This document shows, in pieces, positions 11,170-20,074 of a DNA stretch of 64,000 nucleotides (positions are counted from its first letter, which is position 1; each line of letters opens with the position of its first letter). The stretch spans positions 1-64,000 of the forward strand of contig JAUCBJ010007152.1 in NCBI GenBank assembly GCA_032718475.1, in the 5' to 3' direction. Under the pieces are notes generated by a model, which saw only the letters and a list, made by a program, of their open reading frames with translations, did not search any database and was not told the DNA's origin. A program made the position numbers and the translations under genes. Source of the DNA: Nemertoderma westbladi (lineage: Eukaryota; Animalia; Xenacoelomorpha).

Positions 11170-14100
11170 CGGCTGCAAATACGGCCATTGGACTCTTGTT
11201 GGCGGTGTACGCGACACGGACACGTCCGTAAAGATTGCCCAAATACCGACACTTGTCCATCCTGTGGACGCAACCATGACGGTCTGCTCCACACAGACAG
11301 CCACACGCCGACGAAACGCTTCGCCAGGGAACACCCGGAAGCAGCAGCGAGATGTGATGCGGCCTACCGAAAACGAGAATCGAAAACAACTCCAACCTTC
11401 GTGACCCATATTGAGGATTGCTTCTCAGAACAATCCGGATCGTCGGACGAAGAGTTAGAAGACGACGACGAATATTCCAATGGAGACGAACAACCGTCGA
11501 TCGCGCTTCTGACTACTGACCAACTGAAGGGATTCAGTGTAATTCCGATTAAGGTTACTGGCACAAAGGGGAGCAAAAGAATCTACGCGATTCTAGATTC
11601 AGCCTCATCTCACAGCTACGTGGACGAAAAGATAGCTGACGTAGTGACGGATCTTAAACAAGGTAAGTGCGTCAGTTATACAGTAAGTAGTATGCACGGA
11701 CAGCGTGCAATACCAGTGACACGAGTTAAGTTGGACTTAGACTCTCTTCTTCCAAAATCGCAGCACAGCGAGAGGGAGAGGTCTTTGTTGCCCTTTAAAG
11801 ATCTAACCTTTGCGGCTACGAAGGACTTTAGTAACCTACTAGGTCCAGTGCCGGAACAATCTCTAGAGGACCGTAAGTATTTCAGACACCTTGGTGTACC
11901 CGAATGTCCTGTCAATTATAGATCGGTAGCCATGCTGATCGGGACAGACCAATTCAACCTACATCAGGTGTGGGAAACCAGACCATCGGCAATTGTAGCG
12001 GGAAACGCATACGCCTGCAGAACGCCGATAGGGTGGTATACTCGAGCGCCTGTGCGCACACTAGACGTAAGTGACGAGGAAGACGATGTACAGAGTACAT
12101 GTAGTTTATTAACTACAAATTCAATTCATTCCTTTTCACACGACGTGAACCATACTACGCTACAGTCGACAAAACATGACAGACGTGTAACTAGTATGAT
12201 AAGTCACAAGGAGCAGCTAACCCACCAGGTGAGTTTAAAACTTGGGGAGAAGACGAGTCAGCTAGAGATTCCATCGACGACAGATGATAGGCTTGCGAGT
12301 CTACCTACCCCAATAACCTCAACAGTGCCCGTCGATATCGATGATGACGCGTTGAGAAATCATCAAATGGAACAAGCCGCTTTGGACAAAGAATTAACGG
12401 AGAAGACTATCAGGTGGTTAGAACAAGATACAGCTGAACCTGGTAGCTACGAACCTTGTATGTCGGAACAGGAGAAACAATCTCTGAAGATCATGGAAGA
12501 TACTATCCGCCAGACGAAAGACGGACATTATGAGGTAGGGATGTTATGGCGTAGCCAAAGTCCTAAACTTATAAACAACTATCCACTAGCCTTGAGACGT
12601 CTACACTCAATACGGCAACGTCTATTAAAGGACGAGAAGGCCCATCTGCAGTACAACACTCAGATGGAGACGTATTTGACTAAGGGATACGCTATCCAAA
12701 TGACGAACCCGGAGATAGTGACTGACCAAACATATTACTTGCCACATCACTATGTGAGACACCCCGACAAACCAGATAAAGTACGCGTAGTCAATGACTG
12801 TGCGGCTCTGTTTGAGGGAATGTCCCTCAATAGTGAGTTGATGGATGGACCAAACATGAATAATTATCTTATGGGGGTGATTATGCGCTTCCGTCAGCGT
12901 CAAGTAGCTTTTACTTGTGACGTTGAAGCGATGTTTCACCAAGTGAGAGCGTTAGAGCGAGACAGAGACAGTTTGCGGTTCCTCTGGTACCCGGAAGGAG
13001 ACTTAAGTCTACCACCGGCGACTTACCAAATGCAAGTTCGCGTTTTCGGTGCCAGAGACAGCCCAAATTGCACGATGTACGCCCTAAAGCAGGCCGCTAG
13101 GGATCAGAAACACCTGTATGACCCAGAGATAATTAAAATCGTAGAGCGTGACTTTTACGTTGACGACGGTTTACAGAGTTGCGACACAGTAGAACGTACT
13201 ACAACAGTAGCACATCAATTACGGGACTGCTTAGCGGGCGGAGGTTTTAACCTCACCAAATTCGCCTCAAACAGTGCCGAATTAGTAGACTCATTCGGGA
13301 CTACTGAGCGTGGAGGTGGTGACATAGACCTAGAGTTCGAACCACTACTGACGACTAAGGTGTTAGGGCTCTTTTGGGACCCAAACACAGACAACTTTCG
13401 AGTGAAAGTGAGACTGGACAGTCAAGAGAACACACTGACAAAGAGATCATGCTTGTCAAAGTTGAGCCGATTGTTCGATCCGTTAGGATTCATCAGTCCA
13501 GTGATACTGCAAGCCCGCATTTATATGCGCAGTATATGGAAGGATGGACTAACATGGGACGAGCCGATCTCATCAGACCAAGTAGACTTATGGAAGACCT
13601 GGGAGGCGGAATTATCTTCGCTAGAGGATTATTCCATACCCAGGGTTTACTTTCCATTGCAAAGTACATTTCCTGACAACTTGGAGCTACACTGTTTTTC
13701 TGACGCCAGTGACAACGGTTTTGGTGTGGCAGCGTACTTGCGCAGACAAGTAGAATCAGACGAGTTCGATGTTTCGCTCATTACTTCTAAGGCTAAGACC
13801 ATGCCTACTAAGTATATGACGACACCACGAGCCGAGCTACAAGCCGCAACCCTGTCAACCACCATCGTGAACCTCATACAGACAGAACTACAGTCGAGTT
13901 TACAGATATTTTATTGGACTGACGCGACGTTGGTTTTATTTTACATAAACAACGACACACTCGAATTCAAGACATTCGTAGCTAACCGTCGCGCGGAAAT
14001 TCTAGACCGTTCAATAAAAGAGGATTGGCGACATTGTCCCGGACCACAAAACCCAGCTGATATTGCGTCGCGAGGAATGATGCCTGAGGAATTCTGTAAA

Positions 14101-16560
14101 CCGGAGAACAAAGAATTTTGGCAACACGGACCCCAATTCTTGCAGAAATCGACACAAGATTGGCCTCCGTTATACGACAACAAATCTAACACTATCCCTA
14201 AGGACGCCGAAATCAAGAAACCAAAAAAGGGGAAGACAAAGAAAAAGACAACGGCGGCAAAACTCAAGAAAAAACCAAAGGCGAAATGGAAAGATATAAC
14301 TTCAAAGGTCAAGAGAGGAAGACTTGCGAGCCTTTCTACACCAGACATATCGCCAGACGGTCAACCAGACACGTTACTAGACGGTCAACCAGACGTTTTG
14401 CCAGACATGTCACGAAATGTTCCACCAGACGCTAGTAACACACTGACAAACAGTAAAGCCGCAGTTTCTCTATTGGAGCGGCCTTCTATTGACAAACAAC
14501 CAGATACGTTACCAGACGTATCGCCAGACACATTACTAGACAGTCGACTAGACATTTTGTCAGAAACATCACAAAATGTTCTACCGGACATTAGTAATGT
14601 ATCGACTAACAGTAAAGCCGCAGTTTCCCTATTGGAGCGGCCTTGTATTGACAAACTACCAATTTTGACACACTTGAGCAACCATAAGCACGGTGAAACC
14701 TCATGTATTACAGATGTGGGTAGTACCTACGCTAATGTAAATACAGGTGTTACTTTGCGCTCAAGAGACATACCGAACTTGCAACCTATGGTGAGACCTG
14801 GGATTAATGTCGGCAGGAAAATAAGTTTACCGAAACCTGCTGACCCCATAGAGTTCAAACCACCATTAACGATCGACTTACAAAGTACTGACGATCAAGG
14901 TAAGAAGACGAAGAAGGACAAATTACTTGTAGACCCGGACGGATCAACAGTCAACAAGGGAATACCTACCGGCGGACCCGTGGGCCCTTCTAGTAATTCA
15001 AAACCTTCCAAAATCTCCATTGACTTACCTGATGACGTCACAAATACTCATGTCGACCGTATTGTAAACTTAACAGATTCTTGGACAAGCGCTTGCCGAA
15101 AATTAGCGTGGATTGTACGTTTTGTACAATACGTTAAAGGCAAACGCGACTTTACGCGTCGACTTACATTGACTGAGATTGACAGGTGTGAGATTAAATT
15201 AATTCGCCATTATCAACTGCGATATTTCGCGCGCGAATTCACATCTATAAATCAAGGTCAACCAATCAAGTCGTCACCAATACTGAATTGGAGTCCGATA
15301 ATTTATAATGGCTTAATTTGTCATAAATCTCGGCTTCAAAACATTGACTTTAACACAAACTTTAGGTACCCAATAATAATACCGCAACACCACGAACTAC
15401 AACGTGCAATGATACTGGATGCACATCTACATCTGAAACACGCTGGAAGACACCACTGTCTTTCCTACTTACGTACTAGATTTGTATTAATTAGACCCAG
15501 TAAAGCATTAAGTTCAGTGACACGTACGTGTATTATTTGTAAAAAGGTACATTCTAGAATAGGTACCCAAGAAATGAGTGAACTACCACAAGCACGACTT
15601 CAAGCATTCAGACCACCTTTTACAGAGACTGGAATTGATTGCTTTGGTCCCATACATACGAAACGTGGACGTATACTAGTAAAACGCTGGGGACTGATTT
15701 TCACATGTATGTCCAGTAGGGCAGTTCATATTGAACGTGTGATGGATCTTTCCACCAACGCGTTTATACTAGCACTGCGGCGATTTATCGCTAGACGCGG
15801 ACTAGTAAAATGCTTGTACTCAGACCAAGGGACAAACTTTGTTGGTGCTCGGAATGAGCTTGCTAGAGCCTTTAAGAAATTAGATCACGATCAAATCTCG
15901 AACGAACTACAACCTCACAAGATTGTTTGGAAGTTCAACCCTCCAGATAGTCCTTGGAGAGGCGGAGTCTGGGAGAGACTGATTAGATCTATAAAGACAG
16001 CTATGGCAAAAGTCATTCCAGTAAACCACATACTGACAGACGACCAACTGACAACATTGTTTGTTGAAATCGAGGCAATACTAAATACTAGACCAATAGT
16101 ATTAGTACCCGATGACAAACAATCTCAGTTCGCTTTGACACCGGCACACCTGCTAATGCAGGCACCGACCACATTAATGCCTATTTCTATTCCAATAGAA
16201 AGCGACAGCTACGGTAGAAAAGCGTGGAAAATCACGCAACTACTGGCTAACAAATTCTGGGAAATATGGCAAAACCATTATTTGCCCTCTATTTCTGCCA
16301 GAACAACTTGGTACAATAACACCCGCGCATTAAAGACGGGAGATCACGTGCTGTTAGCGGAAGTGAATCTAAAAAGACGCTTCTGGATAACAGGTGTAAT
16401 TTTAGCCACACATCCATCTATGGATGGAGTGACAAGAACTGTGACGGTACGGACAATTGACGGTCGTACAGTAGACAGACCGACTCAACGTCTCGTACTT
16501 CTTGAAGAGACTCGTAACGAGTCTGGAGACTACAAATCTCCACCTAATACAAGTAAATAA
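11170..16560 (+). CDS. pol: BEL/Pao polyprotein: remaining Gag knuckles, aspartic protease, RT, RNase H, integrase
   Basis: CWRC..H..C and CPSC..H..LLH; protease ILDSAS; RT YYLPHH..KVRVV..FYVDD; RNase H FSDAS..PRAEL..WTDA..NPADIASRG; integrase GIDCFGP..SDQGTNF..GGVWERL; C-terminal FWEIW..YLP. Confidence 0.95.
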   Translation, partial: RLQIRPLDSCWRCTRHGHVRKDCPNTDTCPSCGRNHDGLLHTDSHTPTKRFAREHPEAAARCDAAYRKRESKTTPTFVTHIEDCFSEQSGSSDEELEDDDEYSNGDEQPSIALLTTDQLKGFSVIPIKVTGTKGSKRIYAILDSASSHSYVDEKIADVVTDLKQGKCVSYTVSSMHGQRAIPVTRVKLDLDSLLPKSQHSERERSLLPFKDLTFAATKDFSNLLGPVPEQSLEDRKYFRHLGVPECPVNYRSVAMLIGTDQFNLHQVWETRPSAIVAGNAYACRTPIGWYTRAPVRTLDVSDEEDDVQSTCSLLTTNSIHSFSHDVNHTTLQSTKHDRRVTSMISHKEQLTHQVSLKLGEKTSQLEIPSTTDDRLASLPTPITSTVPVDIDDDALRNHQMEQAALDKELTEKTIRWLEQDTAEPGSYEPCMSEQEKQSLKIMEDTIRQTKDGHYEVGMLWRSQSPKLINNYPLALRRLHSIRQRLLKDEKAHLQYNTQMETYLTKGYAIQMTNPEIVTDQTYYLPHHYVRHPDKPDKVRVVNDCAALFEGMSLNSELMDGPNMNNYLMGVIMRFRQRQVAFTCDVEAMFHQVRALERDRDSLRFLWYPEGDLSLPPATYQMQVRVFGARDSPNCTMYALKQAARDQKHLYDPEIIKIVERDFYVDDGLQSCDTVERTTTVAHQLRDCLAGGGFNLTKFASNSAELVDSFGTTERGGGDIDLEFEPLLTTKVLGLFWDPNTDNFRVKVRLDSQENTLTKRSCLSKLSRLFDPLGFISPVILQARIYMRSIWKDGLTWDEPISSDQVDLWKTWEAELSSLEDYSIPRVYFPLQSTFPDNLELHCFSDASDNGFGVAAYLRRQVESDEFDVSLITSKAKTMPTKYMTTPRAELQAATLSTTIVNLIQTELQSSLQIFYWTDATLVLFYINNDTLEFKTFVANRRAEILDRSIKEDWRHCPGPQNPADIASRGMMPEEFCKPENKEFWQHGPQFLQKSTQDWPPLYDNKSNTIPKDAEIKKPKKGKTKKKTTAAKLKKKPKAKWKDITSKVKRGRLASLSTPDISPDGQPDTLLDGQPDVLPDMSRNVPPDASNTLTNSKAAVSLLERPSIDKQPDTLPDVSPDTLLDSRLDILSETSQNVLPDISNVSTNSKAAVSLLERPCIDKLPILTHLSNHKHGETSCITDVGSTYANVNTGVTLRSRDIPNLQPMVRPGINVGRKISLPKPADPIEFKPPLTIDLQSTDDQGKKTKKDKLLVDPDGSTVNKGIPTGGPVGPSSNSKPSKISIDLPDDVTNTHVDRIVNLTDSWTSACRKLAWIVRFVQYVKGKRDFTRRLTLTEIDRCEIKLIRHYQLRYFAREFTSINQGQPIKSSPILNWSPIIYNGLICHKSRLQNIDFNTNFRYPIIIPQHHELQRAMILDAHLHLKHAGRHHCLSYLRTRFVLIRPSKALSSVTRTCIICKKVHSRIGTQEMSELPQARLQAFRPPFTETGIDCFGPIHTKRGRILVKRWGLIFTCMSSRAVHIERVMDLSTNAFILALRRFIARRGLVKCLYSDQGTNFVGARNELARAFKKLDHDQISNELQPHKIVWKFNPPDSPWRGGVWERLIRSIKTAMAKVIPVNHILTDDQLTTLFVEIEAILNTRPIVLVPDDKQSQFALTPAHLLMQAPTTLMPISIPIESDSYGRKAWKITQLLANKFWEIWQNHYLPSISARTTWYNNTRALKTGDHVLLAEVNLKRRFWITGVILATHPSMDGVTRTVTVRTIDGRTVDRPTQRLVLLEETRNESGDYKSPPNTSK

Positions 16561-17222
16561 TTAGGAGTTTACAAATAGATTTCCACGTACCTGTACACCG
16601 TAGTAAGGACAGCGGTAGAATTCCATTGTCTTTATATGTGAACATTGAGGGTAGTACCCTTATGTGTCACATAGGAGCGGGATTTGTAGGTATAAGAAAT
16701 GGAATTCTACTTGGAACTCACAATATTGAGACATTTTCGAAATTTTAGACAATCCATTTGGATTTGAAAAATTTTTAAAAATTTTCTCCAGTGAATAGAT
16801 TTCAGGGTACAGTCGGGTGGAACTTAAAATTAGAGAAACAAGAGAGGAAGACTTGCGAGCCTTTCTTAAAAATTTTAATTAAATTTTACACGGTCTTGTT
16901 TCAATAAGTTACGTCAAAATAGACTCCCCTATATTTATTACTAATTCTTGATTGCTTATTTTCTGATAATAGTTTGGGATCAAAAAGTGAGTATTTTAAA
17001 CTCACAGCCAGTTTAGCCCAAATTCGTTTTTATTTCGGCAAAAATTTTTAGATAAGAAGCAGCGTGTCATTAAAGAAACCCTAGATCTTAGGCTATGGGT
17101 AGGAGGTTAGAGCGTTGTCGAAGCCCAAAAGGCAGACGAAACTCTCACGTCTCCTCACAACTAACCACAAACTCTGTTGTATTCCCTCTAGTAGTAATGA
17201 TTATGTAACTACACCTCTAATT

Positions 17223-18922
17223 ATGGAGAAAGGGATACAAGGAGAGCCGAGATGGGGATATGATATCCAAGAGGAGGCAGCAGCGCCATTCGAAAGATTT
17301 GGAGCCAAGGACTACACTATATTTGGTATAAAGGAATTATCAGAAAGTACAGCGAAGCTCGCAAAGACAGCAATGCCTTTACTCGAGCAGGATTTAGCAT
17401 ATTTCGAGACGTGTATCTTCGCTGTGCGGGATCTCTTATCGAAAGACCATCTATGTTTACATTGTTACCCTATGAAGGAGAACGTATCGTGGAGATTACG
17501 GATGAATCACAGCAGACGCGCGCGCCTATCGGTCACCTTGGTGATGAATTCGAAGTAACTACTACGATCGCCGACGATCCTTTAGAGGAACTTCTTGAGA
17601 TAGAAAGGAACCTCCCGAAGAAATCTCAGACGGAGATTCGACAACTTGAAGCAACAGATGCTATAGTTTGTATACAACCTTCAGAAACCTACCAACCCAT
17701 AGACCCAGACGATTACGATTATAGTATGGGAGGAAGCGCTCGACCGATTGGAGATCTTATATACGAACGAGTGTGGTACCCTGCCAATACGATGTGTAGT
17801 AAATGTGGCGTCGCTGGACATCATATGACAAAGTGCAGTGGAAAGCACATTACTACGACTCAGCTAATCTGTGGATGGTGTGGGGATCAAGGGTCTCATA
17901 CCTTTTATACTTGCTGGAGATTTATGGCTCAATGTACTTATTGCAATATAAAAGGGCATCGAGCATCTGAATGCCAACTAAGAGACATACCTTATGAACA
18001 CGAATCTGTAAAACTCGTGAGAAATTATTTGATGAGTGGGAAGATTTAGCCGACGAGCATGTATCGGCACAAAGAAGACGGTTTCCGATGAGAGCGCATC
18101 TTGGATTTTGGGCGGTAAATCCCCAGACGATATGTCGGAAGGATACATCTCCGCTATGCCCCAATATGACGAACTTATCGAGGTTGTCGATATTTTGCCC
18201 CACGACAGCGGATTCCGAGTGGTGCGCGAGTATCTGTTACAAATTCACCCGGATAACAAAACACGTGGAATTTTCAGAAAGTCGTTAATCGGATTACGTA
18301 TGGTGAATTCGATCGTTTCCGAACTGAAAAGCGGAATAAAGGAGCTTGGTTAACCGTCGCATGGGCGTACCGAGCCGCGTTTTACCACAAACGTATACGA
18401 GCGAGCGTATTCGAGGAAGAGGAGGTCCTAGAGGCGACAAATATACCAGCCACTCCGGTTGCGCCGTCTGCACGTCACCCTCGGGAGGACGGGCAGGGTA
18501 GGATCATACGGGTCCAGAAAGTGGGCCAACAATTAAAGAAAATTATTGATGTAGAAGAACGCAAGGGAGTTGAGCCGACCATTCGAGTTACTCGGGATAC
18601 GGTATCACTTCCAAGAGAACCAGTAGGAGGATCGGGACATACACCAGCTGATCAACAGGGGGCGCAAGCTACTCTTGGGTCTGCGTCGTCCGCTTCTCGC
18701 GCGTTCCCAGAAGTTCTACCAACTGTAGTGACAACTGATCGGTCACGAGGAATCGGTCGAGGTTTTGGGATGCCAAATAGACGAATTTGCGAAGAAATGG
18801 TCGCACCGTCTCTCAACGTCCAAACGAAACCAGTGACTCGCCCCACGAGTCCCATATCGCGAGCAAAGTCACCTGTGCGCAGTTTTCGAGGACGCGGCAG
18901 GGCTCGATCCACTAAGCGATAA
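17223..18922 (+). CDS. Accessory ORF3 region of the BEL element, three CCHC-type zinc knuckles, split over several frames
   Basis: Overlapping sense ORFs 17115-17558, 17411-18049 (CSKCGVAGHHMTKC, CGWCGDQGSHTFYTC, CTYCNIKGHRASEC), 18036-18353 and 18257-18922 (RG-rich basic tail). Confidence 0.6.
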
Positions 18923-19004
18923 AAGGGAGGGCAAGGGTGGACGGAAGACTCGTGAGCCTTTCTTGTGAATTTGTGATTTATTTGAATTTATATTTATATT
19001 TGTG

Positions 19005-19080
19005 ATTATTCCGAACTTATGCAATTTATATTATTCCGAACTTATGCAATTTATATTGTTCCGAATATTATGCAATTTAC
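19005..19080. repeat. About 25-bp tandem repeat x3 in the BEL 3' UTR
   Basis: ATTATTCCGAACTTATGCAATTTAT repeated. Confidence 0.8.
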
Positions 19081-19528
19081 ATTTTATAGGCAGTATTACA
19101 GTGAAACAGAAATTTTCATTTATTTGTATTTGTAATTGTTTGAATTTATGCAATATTGAGATGCAATAGATTTATATTGGTGAATTTAATTTAGATTTAT
19201 ATTGTACTTACTTAGTAAAGCCTTAAATACGTAAAGTTTGAATTTGTAATTATTTTGTATCGAATCATTACGTAGAAAGGAAGTATTGTTTGAAATTTAA
19301 TTGTAAATATGTAAGTACGCCCTAAGTATTCTATAGTTTGATTGATTATTGGTGAAAACCGTATATTTTATGCACGATAATATCCTGTTTTCATGGAGCG
19401 GTATAGAATTATATTCCCTAAATGCCGTGAATTTTCAAAATTTTATTTTATTCGGATTAACTTTGTAAAAGATTGCTTTGAATCCTCATTTGTATTTGTA
19501 ATATCTATTGTACATCTATTGGTCAAGT

Positions 19529-19615
19529 GGTTCAGTAGCTCAGTCGGTAGAGCGTTGGAAATTATATGTGTAGTAGGTATTGAGTTCGAATCCTAGTAAG
19601 TGCGAATTGTTTTTT
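19529..19615 (+). ncRNA. tRNA-like Pol III cassette, 3' LTR copy
   Basis: Same A box, B box and T-run as 5148-5234. Confidence 0.65.
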
Positions 19616-20074
19616 GTGCAGAATTTCAACTCATTTAAATTAACCGCTACAAATTAATTGCATTTGTCTGTACCAATGAGACTGTAGTTATTTGATTGTA
19701 ACCAATGTCGTGCAAGTTATATATTAGCTGGACCAATAGCTATCTTTAAAAACCTGTTAGAACCTATTTATTTATTTATTTATTTCCTTTCCATTATCGG
19801 GCACTAATGACCCATGCTACTGTACGTACATTTTTAATATACTAAACGAAACACATAGCACAAAAATTAATTACGGTTGGACCCTACAATCTATAATTAA
19901 ATTCACAGTGACCGACAATCGACCAAAGAAAAAAAAAAAAAAATGAAACCAATAGAACTTCATTATACACTATCATTACAAAGTGAAAAATGCAAAAAAA
20001 CACAAAAAAAAACAAAAAATTTACGAGGGTGGATATTTATGGCCCAGTATTGCGAATATATTAATTATACAATA

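Noticed and set aside
17115-18922. env gene
   Set aside because: No signal peptide, transmembrane segment or fusion-protein cysteine pattern.
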